NCBI GenBank assembly: GCA_028282585.1
Contig: JANQHR010000011.1
Coordinates: 1 to 64,000, forward strand
DNA: 64,000 bases
From: Bacteroidales bacterium
GTDB taxonomy: Bacteria; Bacteroidota; Bacteroidia; Bacteroidales; UBA12077
Direction: 5' to 3'
This document shows, one piece after another, positions 10,380 to 20,293 of this stretch (positions are counted from its first letter, which is position 1; every line of letters starts with the position of its first letter). Below the pieces are notes generated by a model that searched no databases, was not told the DNA's origin, and saw only the letters and a program-made list of their open reading frames with translations. Position numbers and translations under genes: made by a program.

Positions 10380-11825
10380 TTAAAATTCTGCATTCTTTGG
10401 TGTTCTTGGAAACGGAATCACATCACGAATGTTCGACATTCCTGTAACAAAAAGAATCAACCGTTCAAAACCTAATCCAAATCCGCTATGCGGAACTGTA
10501 CCAAATTTTCTTGTTTCTAAATACCACCACAAATCTTTTTCAGGAATTCCCATTTCCTTAATTCTGGTTGCTAACTTATCATAAACCTCTTCTCTTTGCG
10601 AACCTCCAATTATTTCACCAATTCCAGGAAAAAGAACATCCAAAGCACGAACGGTTTTACCATCATCATTTTGTTTCATATAAAAAGCCTTAATTTCTTT
10701 TGGATAATCAGTTACCATTACTGGTTTTTTATAATGCTTTTCAACCAGGTAACGTTCATGTTCCGATTGTAAATCAACACCCCAGTTTACTGGAAATTGA
10801 AATTTACCTTTTTTTGCAGGTTTAGAATTTTTTAAAATATCTATTGCTTCGGTGTATGATATTCTGGCAAAATCATCTTTAAGAATGAACTCTAATTTTT
10901 CAATTAAAGCCATTTCTGATTTTTCGTTTTGTGGCTTGTTCTTTTCTTCTTGTATTAAACGGTTTTCTAAAAATTTCAAATCATCCATGCAATTATCCAA
11001 AGCATACTTAATCAAATATTTAAGCATATCTTCGGCCAAATCCATGTTATCATGGATATCATAAAATGCCATTTCTGGTTCTATCATCCAGAATTCTGCC
11101 AAGTGGCGAGGTGTATTGGAATTTTCAGCTCTAAACGTTGGTCCGAATGTATAAACATTTGATAAAGCTGTAGCGCCTAATTCTGCTTCTAACTGACCCG
11201 ATACGGTAAGGTTAGTTTCTTTCCCAAAAAAGTCTTCGGTATAGTTTATTTCGCCGTCTTCAGTTTTTGGTAGGTTTTTGAAATCTAAAGTGGAAACGCG
11301 AAACATTTCACCAGCGCCTTCAGCATCCGATCCTGTTACAATTGGTGTATGTAAATAATAGAAATTTCCATCATTAAAATATTTATGTATAGCAAAAGCC
11401 ATTGCATGACGAATTCTGAAAACAGCACCAAATGTGTTTGTTCTAAATCTTAGGTGAGCTATTTCACGCAAGAATTCCAACGTATGACCTTTCTTTTGCA
11501 AAGGATAAGATTCCGGATCGGCAGTACCATATAGTTCAACCTCTTTGGCCTGAATTTCAACATTTTGTCCCTTTCCCATTGATTTAACCAATGTACCATT
11601 TACACTGATACTTGCTCCAGTTGTTATATTTTTTATTAAATTTTCTTCGAAATTTACTACATCTATTACTACTTGTATATTATTAATTGTGGAACCATCA
11701 TTAAGTGCTACAAAAACAACTTGTTTATTTCCTCTTTTGGTTCTAACCCAACCTTTTACATTTACATTTCGATCTGCCTCCGTCGATTGTAATAAATCTT
11801 TAATAAAACTTCTTCTCTGTTCCAT
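10380..11825 (-). CDS. asnS: Asparagine--tRNA ligase
   Basis: [47 protein letters not shown]. Confidence 0.98.
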   Translation of the reverse strand: MEQRRSFIKDLLQSTEADRNVNVKGWVRTKRGNKQVVFVALNDGSTINNIQVVIDVVNFEENLIKNITTGASISVNGTLVKSMGKGQNVEIQAKEVELYGTADPESYPLQKKGHTLEFLREIAHLRFRTNTFGAVFRIRHAMAFAIHKYFNDGNFYYLHTPIVTGSDAEGAGEMFRVSTLDFKNLPKTEDGEINYTEDFFGKETNLTVSGQLEAELGATALSNVYTFGPTFRAENSNTPRHLAEFWMIEPEMAFYDIHDNMDLAEDMLKYLIKYALDNCMDDLKFLENRLIQEEKNKPQNEKSEMALIEKLEFILKDDFARISYTEAIDILKNSKPAKKGKFQFPVNWGVDLQSEHERYLVEKHYKKPVMVTDYPKEIKAFYMKQNDDGKTVRALDVLFPGIGEIIGGSQREEVYDKLATRIKEMGIPEKDLWWYLETRKFGTVPHSGFGLGFERLILFVTGMSNIRDVIPFPRTPKNAEF

Positions 11826-12047
11826 AATTTAATAATGATAAAATTAATCTCACAAAAATAATATTTTTCAATCGATATAAAATAGTTATTAAGCGATATA
11901 AATTAGGATAATCTGAGATTTTAATTTGATTATATTCGAGATATTTTGTATATTATAACAATTGATTTCTTACCTAAACCTCTTGCAAGCTAATCAAAGG
12001 TGTGGTAGATAATTACATTAATCTAACCAAAAATAAATAAGATACTT

Positions 12048-12830
12048 ATGGAAAAATGGAAAATAGAAAACAATGTCTTGGATAGCGACGAAAAAAACGA
12101 AAAACTAATGATTGTAATAAATGACATTGTTGAAGAGTTTGACAGGTTAATACCTACCGGCCCTCCATTAGGATTTAAAAGACTTGAATTGATTAATGAT
12201 GAAGTAGCAGGGCCTACCTTTTATTGGCCTCGTGGGCAAGATTTTTATAAAATTGCACTAAATATTTCTGATGTAAATTATAATCAAGCGGCTTTTCAAT
12301 TTTCACAGGGGTTGTGTAGAATATATTGTGATCCAAGAATGCGAAGTTGGTTTATTCAATTGGTAAGTCACCTTTGTGGATTATATGCTTTGGATTTTCT
12401 TGCGCGTAAGTGGGATGAAAATCCACCTAACGATTATTTAAAAGAATATTGGTATAATTTCGATTCATATAAAAGTAATCTCTTAGGTGCAGCCTTTAGT
12501 AAGGTAGATATTGTTAAATACCAGGTTGCAAATGAATGGGTACAATATCAGATTAATAAATTAAGACGTAAGGATAAAATTAATCGAGGTAAATTATTAA
12601 TCATTGCGTACGAATTGCTCCCAATGTTTAAGGAACATCCTGAAAGTTGGCAAATTTTGCCATTTGTTGGAAAGTGTTCGGTTCCTCCTCCACCGGAAGA
12701 TCCAAAGGAAATAGTTGTTGACAGGGATACAGAACCGGACTTTGATAAATTAATGGATCAAATTCCAGATGAAATGAAAGAATTTGCTACCAAATTTTAC
12801 GATAAAATAGGAGCCGGGGAGCATATTTAA
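12048..12830 (+). CDS. Hypothetical protein resembling a zincin-like family but lacking HExxH
   Basis: Long ORF with A-rich leader. QAAFQFSQGLCRIYCD...WF...W..NPP resembles proteins with YQFAHE.CH (recalled pattern). Confidence 0.7.
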   Translation: MEKWKIENNVLDSDEKNEKLMIVINDIVEEFDRLIPTGPPLGFKRLELINDEVAGPTFYWPRGQDFYKIALNISDVNYNQAAFQFSQGLCRIYCDPRMRSWFIQLVSHLCGLYALDFLARKWDENPPNDYLKEYWYNFDSYKSNLLGAAFSKVDIVKYQVANEWVQYQINKLRRKDKINRGKLLIIAYELLPMFKEHPESWQILPFVGKCSVPPPPEDPKEIVVDRDTEPDFDKLMDQIPDEMKEFATKFYDKIGAGEHI

Positions 12831-12885
12831 TTTATTGACTGATTGTTGTTAATACCTTCTTTTGTTTAACTTAATAATTTATGTT

Positions 12886-14001
12886 ATGGAAGATAAATTA
12901 ATAACAATTGCGGTTCATAATTATGCCCGGGCAGAAATCCTTCGTACCCGATTGGAAGCGGAGGATATTGCATGTTACCTAAAAAATATTAATCTAGTTC
13001 ATTCTGTGATCTCAGGAGGAGTGAAAGTAAGAGTTAACTCAAAAGATTTGGAGAAAGCTCTTCGCGTTGTTGAAAAGGTGAGCGAAAACTTTCGTGATGA
13101 ATATCAAACAGAAACGGAAGGAACAAGTAGAAGCGTTCAAAGAATTTTAGTCCCAATAGATTTTAGCGATTATTCAGTAAATGCTTGCCGTTATGCAATT
13201 GGATTAGCAGAGAAGCTTAATGCTGAAATAAAGTTAATGCATGTTTACTACAATCCTGTTGTAAACTCAATGCCACTTACTGATACATATTATTATCAGG
13301 TCAATATGGACGAAATAATAAGAGAAATAGAGTTACGTGCAAAAACTAGTATGGAACAGTTTTATGCAGATTTAAAAGAAAAGATAGAGATTGATAATAT
13401 TCAGGGAGTGAAGTTGGATTATATGTTAGTAAGAGGTATTGCAAGCGAAGAAATCATTGCAAAGAGCGAAGAGTACAAACCTGATGTAATAATTATAGGT
13501 ACGCGTGGGCAAGGAGAACGTGAGAATGATTTAATTGGTAGTGTGACAGCTAAAATTATTGAAGATGCAAAAGTTCCGGTATTAGTAATTCCGGAGGATT
13601 CGTTGTACGAGGGTATTGCCACTATTAATATTTTATATGCTACCGACTTTGATGAGTCCGATTATAAGGCTATGAAAAAGCTTATGAATATTCTAGCCCC
13701 ATTTGAGTTTAGATTATATTGCGTTCATATTGGAAAGCCAAATAATCTTGAGTGGGATAAAGCTAAAATGAATACTTTGAAGGAAAAACTCATTAATCAA
13801 TATCCAGATTATGAAATAGAATGTAGTTTATTGGAGGAAGAAGATTTCTTAAAAGGAATACAGGAATTAATCCGGGAAAAGCGAATTGATATAATTTCTT
13901 TAGTTACGCATAAAAGAAGTTTGATCTCTAAATTATTGAATCCAAGTGTCGCAAGAAAAGTATTATTTCACACAAATATTCCTTTTTTAGTGTTTCATTA
14001 A
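12886..14001 (+). CDS. Universal stress protein (tandem USP domains) with N-terminal DUF2007-like domain
   Basis: AEILRTRLEAEDI..GGVKVRV N-terminus; ILVPIDFS, IIIGTRG, GSVT, PVLVIP, ILYATDF. Confidence 0.88.
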   Translation: MEDKLITIAVHNYARAEILRTRLEAEDIACYLKNINLVHSVISGGVKVRVNSKDLEKALRVVEKVSENFRDEYQTETEGTSRSVQRILVPIDFSDYSVNACRYAIGLAEKLNAEIKLMHVYYNPVVNSMPLTDTYYYQVNMDEIIREIELRAKTSMEQFYADLKEKIEIDNIQGVKLDYMLVRGIASEEIIAKSEEYKPDVIIIGTRGQGERENDLIGSVTAKIIEDAKVPVLVIPEDSLYEGIATINILYATDFDESDYKAMKKLMNILAPFEFRLYCVHIGKPNNLEWDKAKMNTLKEKLINQYPDYEIECSLLEEEDFLKGIQELIREKRIDIISLVTHKRSLISKLLNPSVARKVLFHTNIPFLVFH

Positions 14002-14669
14002 GATAAATTATGAGATAAGGCTTCAGCTAATTTCAGGTCAATTTGAGAGGTAATTTTAATATTTTCTCTATTACCGGGAACCAGATTTATTTTAATATCT
14101 AATTTTTCGACTACACTCGCATCATCAGTAAATGTTTCTTCCCAACCTTGTCCATACGCTTTTTTAATTAGTTTTACATCAAAAGCTTGTGGTGTTTGAA
14201 TGAGCTTATATTTATTCCTGTTGGCAGGTTTATTTATTCCATCATCAACGTAACGAATAGAATCAACCAAATCAATATACGGTATAGCATTTCCATTAAT
14301 TGTTGCAATTTCAAAAACTTGTTCAATAGTTTCTTGATTTACCAAGGGTCTGACTCCATCATGTATTGCAACAATTCCATCACCAGATATCTTTTCGAGA
14401 GCATTTTTAACGGAGTGATACCTTGTTTTTCCACCTAAAACAATAGAATGGTCAATCACAAAATCATTTTTACTGCATAATTCTTTCCAGTAATTAATAT
14501 GACCTTTAGGCAGAGTCAGAATAATTTTAACAGTTGGATCAAACTTATGAAAAACGGAAATACTTTTCATTAGAATAATTTCGCCATTTATTTTAAGAAA
14601 CTGTTTTGGTAAAGAACTAGCCATTCTTTGACCTGAACCACCGGCAACTATAACTACAAATCTGTTCAT
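13998..14669 (-). CDS. ispD: 2-C-methyl-D-erythritol 4-phosphate cytidylyltransferase
   Basis: IVAGGSGQRM...PKQF, IHDGVRP, QTPQ, TDDASV, NIKIT. Confidence 0.95.
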   Translation of the reverse strand: MNRFVVIVAGGSGQRMASSLPKQFLKINGEIILMKSISVFHKFDPTVKIILTLPKGHINYWKELCSKNDFVIDHSIVLGGKTRYHSVKNALEKISGDGIVAIHDGVRPLVNQETIEQVFEIATINGNAIPYIDLVDSIRYVDDGINKPANRNKYKLIQTPQAFDVKLIKKAYGQGWEETFTDDASVVEKLDIKINLVPGNRENIKITSQIDLKLAEALSHNLS

Positions 14670-14800
14670 TTTATAATCAATAAGATTCAAAGTTATAAAT
14701 AAAAACTTGCCAATTCAATAAGTTGATAATTCTAATTACTTTATTATATTTGGGGTTTGACAAAATTATGTGGAAATTTTTTTGTTTAAATTAATGTTAT

Positions 14801-14827
14801 TATATTTGCATACCAAACGGTCGGTTT
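14801..14827 (+). promoter_or_regulatory. Bacteroidota -7 element TATATTTG followed by putative TetR operator ATACCAAACGGTCGGTTT
   Basis: TAnnTTTG at 14801-14808; ACC-N8-GGT palindrome at 14810-14827 abutting the tetR ATG. Confidence 0.65.
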
Positions 14828-14828
14828 T

Positions 14829-15431
14829 ATGAGTCCAACAAAAGAACACATTATTTTAACATCATTTAGACTCTTTTTACAAAAAGGATATAAAGAAGTT
14901 ACTATGAGTATGCTTGTAAAAGCGACGGGATTATCAAAAGGAGCTTTTTATCACTATTTTGAAAATAAAGAGCAATTATTTGTTGAGACATTAGATAATT
15001 TGTTTTTTTCTATATCACCATTTAATAAAGAAATGGTTATTAATCCGGAAGTTTCTTTTTACGATTACATGCAAATGTATATTGATAACGTGAAAAAGAT
15101 GGCTAAAATGATAACGAGCTATATAGGAGAAGAAGGTTCTGGAATGGGATATTACCGTTTAATGTTAGATGTTGCAAATTATGCACCGGATTTTAACAGA
15201 AAAATAGAGGAATCGAATCAAAATGAATTGGCCTTTTGGAAAAAGATAGTTGAGAATGGAATACAAAAAGGCGAAATTAACAAAGAACTGGATGTGGAGA
15301 TTTTAGCGAATCATTTTCAGTGGTTGCAGGATGGGATTGCTTTAAACTCTATTTTCACCGGTAATCCGCAGGTTTTATATAGCCATTTGGAACAGGCATT
15401 TGAACAATTATATAAGTGTATTAAGGTTTAA
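14829..15431 (+). CDS. TetR/AcrR family transcriptional regulator
   Basis: LFLQKGYKEVTM..LVKATGLSKGAFYHYF.NKEQLF helix-turn-helix. Confidence 0.95.
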   Translation: MSPTKEHIILTSFRLFLQKGYKEVTMSMLVKATGLSKGAFYHYFENKEQLFVETLDNLFFSISPFNKEMVINPEVSFYDYMQMYIDNVKKMAKMITSYIGEEGSGMGYYRLMLDVANYAPDFNRKIEESNQNELAFWKKIVENGIQKGEINKELDVEILANHFQWLQDGIALNSIFTGNPQVLYSHLEQAFEQLYKCIKV

Positions 15432-15450
15432 AATTTTTTTATAACAAAAC

Positions 15451-15468
15451 ATACCGGATGGTTGGTAT
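15451..15468. promoter_or_regulatory. Second putative TetR operator ATACCGGATGGTTGGTAT upstream of the ACP-like gene
   Basis: ATACC-N8-GGTAT, same geometry as the site at 14810. Confidence 0.6.
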
Positions 15469-15545
15469 AATATTTGATTGTAAAAATTAATGAAAGGAAC
15501 AATTTTTGAGTAGATAAGCTAAATAATAATAAAAACGCCACGCTT

Positions 15546-15797
15546 ATGAAAAATATAGAGAAGAGATTAAGGAAAGTTTTGATTGAATATGGAATTGATC
15601 GAAACAAGATATCGAAGGACACGGATTATTACTTCGATTTAAATCTGGATATTCTTGATTTGATGGGATTAGCTAAACGAATTAAAAGAGAGTTTATGAT
15701 TAATATCCCTGATAATGAAATATTAAGAATGGAAAGAGTTTCTGATACTTTGTATTTTTTGGACAAGAAAACCAATATGCTAAATGCACATAACTAG
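15546..15797 (+). CDS. Acyl-carrier-protein-like protein lacking the phosphopantetheine Ser
   Basis: 83 aa; DLNLDILD aligns with ACP DLGxDSLD; EF.I.IPD.E......V.D.L pattern. Confidence 0.75.
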   Translation: MKNIEKRLRKVLIEYGIDRNKISKDTDYYFDLNLDILDLMGLAKRIKREFMINIPDNEILRMERVSDTLYFLDKKTNMLNAHN

Positions 15798-15917
15798 ATT
15801 GGTTTTATAATTATGATTAGGTTAGGATTCACTCAATTAAGATTGAGTATAAATTATATTACGTTTTTTCTAGGCTGAAAAGCCGTTCTATTCTTTTCAA
15901 AGCAGTTTAAAGTGGTT

Positions 15918-15946
15918 AAGAGCGCCTGTGGTGGGCGCTCTTTTTT
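15918..15946 (+). terminator. Rho-independent terminator
   Basis: AAGAGCGCC-N7-GGCGCTCTT plus T tract. Confidence 0.8.
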
Positions 15947-17609
15947 ATAGTTCCGCAGATGAGTATAAAAATCTTTTTATACTACGTTTTGGAGTTTTCT
16001 CAAATTCTTCAGAATAAATTTTAATTTTAGAAATCTGCATATACTTTGCTAAATTTAAGTTAGCATTATTTTTATTTTCTTGCATAATTTCATTTAACTT
16101 GGATTCACTAATTTTTTCTTTGTCCACTGCTTCCAAATCGGGATAAACTAACGCTGTTAATTTGTTTTCTTTTTCAATAATCACAGACTCTTGAATATAT
16201 GGCATATTGTTCAATTTTGCTTCAATTTCTTCAGGGTAGATATTTTCACCGGAAGGTCCTAGTATCAGGCTTTTATTTCTCCCTTTTATAAATACGAAGT
16301 TTTCCTGATCAATAACGCCCAGATCACCAGTATGTAACCATCCTTCTTTATCAATTGCCTGTTCAGTAGCTTCAATGTTTTTGTAATATCCATACATTAC
16401 GTTTTCACCTCGTACCATAATTTCTCCGATTTCGGAATATGGATCGTTAGAATCTATTTTAACTTCTAGCGTATCGACCAATTTACCTGCCGATCCTATC
16501 TTGGTTTTATTCCAATTTGCATAACTAATCAAAGGTCCACATTCTGTCATTCCGTAACCAACCGTAAAATTGAATCCTATTTTTTTCAGAAATAATTCTA
16601 CTTCTTTGTTCAACGCTGCTCCTCCAATGATAACCTCTTTGAAATTTCCGCCAAAAACATCTGTAAGCTTTTTCCGAATTTTTGAATAAATAGCTTTGTC
16701 AAATAGAGGAACGCTTAAAAGGATTTTCATTGTTTTTGTGCCAATGGCCGGTAAAATTTGCTTTTTGTAGATTTTTTCTATGATAAGAGGAACTGTAATT
16801 ACTATAGTAGGTTTTATTTCTTTAAATGCTTGAATAATAATTTTTGGCGAAGGTGTTCTTGTTAAAAAATGGATATGACAACCTATAGAAAATGGCCATA
16901 AAAATTCAAACGCACAACCATAAGTATGAGCTAAAGGTAGAAAGGAAACAACATCATCACCAGGATCAAGAGGCAGATTTCTATGAGCGAACCTAATGTT
17001 AGCAGCTAAACTGTTAAGAGGTAAAACAACACCTTTAGAAAAACCAGTTGTTCCTGATGTATAATTTAAAACTCCTACTTCTTCATTTGAAACCTCATCG
17101 AAATTAAGAGTTTTAGCAGCAACTCCACCAGGATATACATCATCATACAGATCAGGAAGGTTATCATATATTGATTTGATTTTTTCTTCGTTTCCTTCAA
17201 TAAGAATTGTAAAATCTGTTAACGAAAAAATAGCTCTTAAGTTTGGCATACTTTTTTCATCAAGATTTTCCCAGACATGATCTCCGGCAAATAAAACAAT
17301 CGAATCGGAATGATTAACAATATGGTGTACATCATCCGGATGAAAATCAGGAAGAATGGGAACAATAGTAGCTCCATAAGAAATTACTGCTAAATAAGTT
17401 ATTGCCCAGTTTGCAGAGTTTTTTCCAATTAATGCAATTTTATCACCCTTTTTAACTTCACATTCTTCGAACATGATATGCATTTTTGCAATTTTCCTTG
17501 CAACATCACTATATTTAAAACTCTTTCCCTGATAATCGCTAAGAGCTGGAAGATCCCAGTTTTTCTTTAAACTGTTTTCAATATATTTTATGAAATTTTC
17601 TGGTACCAT
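15945..17609 (-). CDS. Long-chain-fatty-acid--CoA ligase (AMP-binding)
   Basis: YTSGTTGFSKGV, GYGMTE, WLHTGDLG, GENIYPEEIE; probable start MVPENF at 17609. Confidence 0.93.
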   Translation of the reverse strand: MVPENFIKYIENSLKKNWDLPALSDYQGKSFKYSDVARKIAKMHIMFEECEVKKGDKIALIGKNSANWAITYLAVISYGATIVPILPDFHPDDVHHIVNHSDSIVLFAGDHVWENLDEKSMPNLRAIFSLTDFTILIEGNEEKIKSIYDNLPDLYDDVYPGGVAAKTLNFDEVSNEEVGVLNYTSGTTGFSKGVVLPLNSLAANIRFAHRNLPLDPGDDVVSFLPLAHTYGCAFEFLWPFSIGCHIHFLTRTPSPKIIIQAFKEIKPTIVITVPLIIEKIYKKQILPAIGTKTMKILLSVPLFDKAIYSKIRKKLTDVFGGNFKEVIIGGAALNKEVELFLKKIGFNFTVGYGMTECGPLISYANWNKTKIGSAGKLVDTLEVKIDSNDPYSEIGEIMVRGENVMYGYYKNIEATEQAIDKEGWLHTGDLGVIDQENFVFIKGRNKSLILGPSGENIYPEEIEAKLNNMPYIQESVIIEKENKLTALVYPDLEAVDKEKISESKLNEIMQENKNNANLNLAKYMQISKIKIYSEEFEKTPKRSIKRFLYSSAEL

Positions 17610-17815
17610 CGCTTTTATTCTTAAGTAAAATCTAACCAGTAAACTTAAAAAATATATATATATAATCAAATAGATTAATGAGTTGATTTGCAAGGCAAAC
17701 AATATATGCACGTAAGGTGTTATTATTGTATACATGTTAAAAACGGTGAACATATAACGGGAACAATAATATAATTCTTAATTTTGAGCCCTCAAATTTA
17801 GGTATAGGTGATAAT

Positions 17816-18541
17816 ATGAGTAATAAAGAGCAAGCACAAGAACTATCAGATCGATTAGAAGGTAAATCGCCTGAAGAAGTTCTAAAATATTTTATTGATA
17901 AATGTGATCAAAAAGTTGGTTTTGCGTCTAGCCTTGGAGCTGAAGACCAGGTATTGACCGATATGATCTGTAAAATAAATAAAAATGTAAATATTTTTAC
18001 ATTGGATACCGGAAGGCTGTTTCCTGAAACGTATAATCTTATTGCTAAAACAAGTGATCATTATGGGAAAAAAATCAAGGTGTATTTTCCGGATCACAAA
18101 AAGGTTGAAGAAATGGTTGAGGAGTTGGGAATCAATCATTTTTATAAAAGTGTTGAAAATAGGGAGCGCTGCTGCTATTTAAGAAAAAAAGAGCCATTAA
18201 AAAGGGCTTTTAAAGGATTGGAGGCATGGATTTGTGGTTTACGAAAAGATCAGTCGATAACTCGCTTTAATAATAAATTGGTTGAATGGGATAAACAGCA
18301 TGATCTTTTTAAAATTAATCCTTTAATTGATTGGACGGAAGATCAGGTTTGGGATTATATTAAAAAGAATAATGTTCCGTATAATGAGTTGCACGATAAA
18401 GGATTCCCAAGTATTGGCTGCCAACCTTGTACGCGAGCAATACAACCCGGAGAAGATGTACGCGCAGGAAGATGGTGGTGGGAGCAACCTGAAAAACGTG
18501 AATGTGGATTGCATAACCGGCCAAATAAAATGGCTAAATAG
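17816..18541 (+). CDS. cysH: Adenylylsulfate (APS)/PAPS reductase, Fe-S cluster type
   Basis: LDTGRLFPETY, CC pair, SIGCQPCT, RAGRWWWE, ECGLH. Confidence 0.93.
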   Translation: MSNKEQAQELSDRLEGKSPEEVLKYFIDKCDQKVGFASSLGAEDQVLTDMICKINKNVNIFTLDTGRLFPETYNLIAKTSDHYGKKIKVYFPDHKKVEEMVEELGINHFYKSVENRERCCYLRKKEPLKRAFKGLEAWICGLRKDQSITRFNNKLVEWDKQHDLFKINPLIDWTEDQVWDYIKKNNVPYNELHDKGFPSIGCQPCTRAIQPGEDVRAGRWWWEQPEKRECGLHNRPNKMAK

Positions 18542-18657
18542 AATACTTATTGATGCAGGCACATTATTACTTACTGATGAAATTGATCTGATATTTCGGG
18601 CATTGATTTCATACTATTTTAATTGTATATTGTGTTGTTGATTAATATTGTATTGTT

Positions 18658-19071
18658 ATGAGAACCATTAATTTACTAATTGTTTTATTTGTTGGCATTT
18701 TATTGTCAGGTACAATATCTGCACAAGATAATCAGCAAAGCTCATCAGGAATCGAAATAAACTCTGAAGATACTATAGAATATGACTTGATTGTTTTTGA
18801 TTCCAGATTTGACACTTATTTAGTTACTGTTCCGTATTCTAAGGATTTTTATTCTAATGAATATTACAGACATTGGAATATTATGTACTCTACAGAATGG
18901 AATATCAGACATCATGATCCTTTCAGATATGGAGATTTCTATGAAACATATATTTCTTATGATCAATCAATTGATTATGGCATTGACTTTAACTTTAAGT
19001 TATATCAATATTTTCAATTTATTGAAAATGAGCATAAAATTGTTTTAATTAATAGAAAAGGTAATTGGTAA
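18658..19071 (+). CDS. Secreted DUF6146-like protein
   Basis: Signal peptide; EYDLIVFD..F..YL, EWN.R, Y...IDYG..FN.KLY.YF.F. Confidence 0.72.
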   Translation: MRTINLLIVLFVGILLSGTISAQDNQQSSSGIEINSEDTIEYDLIVFDSRFDTYLVTVPYSKDFYSNEYYRHWNIMYSTEWNIRHHDPFRYGDFYETYISYDQSIDYGIDFNFKLYQYFQFIENEHKIVLINRKGNW

Positions 19072-19105
19072 TAAAAAAGGAGTTCGTTAGAACTCCTTTT
19101 TTATT
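19070..19105. terminator. Bidirectional terminator
   Basis: AATAAAAAAGGAGTTC-GTTA-GAACTCCTTTTTTATT between convergent genes. Confidence 0.85.
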
Positions 19106-19122
19106 ACCTTAATATCATATTG

Positions 19123-20091
19123 TTAAAACAATCCTCCTTCTTCAATCTGGAATTTAGTGTTTCCAATTTCATTTCCATCAGCAAAAATGTGAACTTCGTA
19201 TGTTCCCGCAATTAAAGCGCCATTATTATCCCAGTAAATCGTAACATCTAAATCATTTCCTATATAATCTACGGGGCGTCTAGCAGAGTAAATAATTTCC
19301 TGTCCTTGATATTCGAAAAGGTCCTCTTCTGATTTTGCTAAAATATAATCATCCGGACCTGCTATTCTAATATATACATCGCGTTCTCCTTGTTCTGCTA
19401 AAACATTTTCTTTAATACGGAAATCAACTTTTATTTTTTCAATTTTACTTAATCTATTATTAGCTTTTCCTCTTCTGTTAATTGGAGTTGCTATAATTTC
19501 GTCAGTTCTTAGAGTACTTGCCATCTCAACTTTTCCAGAAAGATCCTTATTTTGCTCTTCAAGTTCGTTCTTAAACTTGGTCACTTCCTGAATTTCATTT
19601 TTAACTTTAATGTTCTCTGCAACTAAAGCTTGATTCATTGTATTTAACGAATCAATTTGTCGAACATAACTTTTAGCAACCTTACGAAGGGTCGTCAATT
19701 CATTTTGTAATTGTTTTATTTTAGCATAATTAGTTGCTTTAACTGTTTTAATTTCTGCTAAAAGATCATCTATTTTTTCTTTTTCTTCGTTTAATTGAGC
19801 ATTTAAAGAATCATTATCTGTCATTAATTCATCATAACCATCACGTAATTGCATTAGATGTGATTGTAATGAATCTTTTTCAGCGGTAAGTGCTGTTTCA
19901 ATTTGATCTGTGGTTTGACGTTGATCAATGTATAACCATGTTACAACAACTAAAAGTCCCAGTACAAGGAATAATATAAACAGTAATCCACTTTTATTTT
20001 TTTTCGGCGGAATTGGAGCTTGATTATTTGCCTGCCTGTCAGCAGACTGGTTGGTTTCATTTTTATTTAGATTTTTGTTTTGCTCTTCCAT
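19123..20091 (-). CDS. Membrane-anchored coiled-coil protein (conserved Bacteroidota hypothetical)
   Basis: Single N-terminal TM, long heptad region, beta-rich C-terminus (G.Y.V.IFADG..IG). Confidence 0.75.
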   Translation of the reverse strand: MEEQNKNLNKNETNQSADRQANNQAPIPPKKNKSGLLFILFLVLGLLVVVTWLYIDQRQTTDQIETALTAEKDSLQSHLMQLRDGYDELMTDNDSLNAQLNEEKEKIDDLLAEIKTVKATNYAKIKQLQNELTTLRKVAKSYVRQIDSLNTMNQALVAENIKVKNEIQEVTKFKNELEEQNKDLSGKVEMASTLRTDEIIATPINRRGKANNRLSKIEKIKVDFRIKENVLAEQGERDVYIRIAGPDDYILAKSEEDLFEYQGQEIIYSARRPVDYIGNDLDVTIYWDNNGALIAGTYEVHIFADGNEIGNTKFQIEEGGLF

Positions 20092-20293
20092 TTTAATTAG
20101 GTTATTAGTATTCGATTTGCAAATGTATACTATATTTTCATTAAGTTCAATACTTTGAGATTATTAACGAATAAATATCAATAAAATTATATTTCTTATC
20201 TTCTTCTAGTTTATGCCCTATGGAAATTTACCCGTACTTAAAGAGATAGTTGTAATATAACTAGACTTTGTCTGAAATTTGGTTTAAGAAGTC

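Noticed and set aside
11965-12012. Imperfect hairpin upstream of the gene at 12048
   Set aside because: Weak pairing and no recognisable riboswitch consensus.
15945-17753. N-terminal extensions in the ORF track (acyl-CoA ligase, NtrC regulator, RlpA, RND permease, DUF2147)
   Set aside because: They run through promoter/operator DNA or neighbouring genes; downstream ATGs match family N-termini better.
17742-17765. Short direct repeat AACGG(T)GAACA between the acyl-CoA ligase and cysH
   Set aside because: Only two imperfect copies; cannot be distinguished from chance.
20161-20293. Possible gene fragment in the spacer downstream of lgt
   Set aside because: The minus-strand frames I translated gave no recognisable motif and contained stops.
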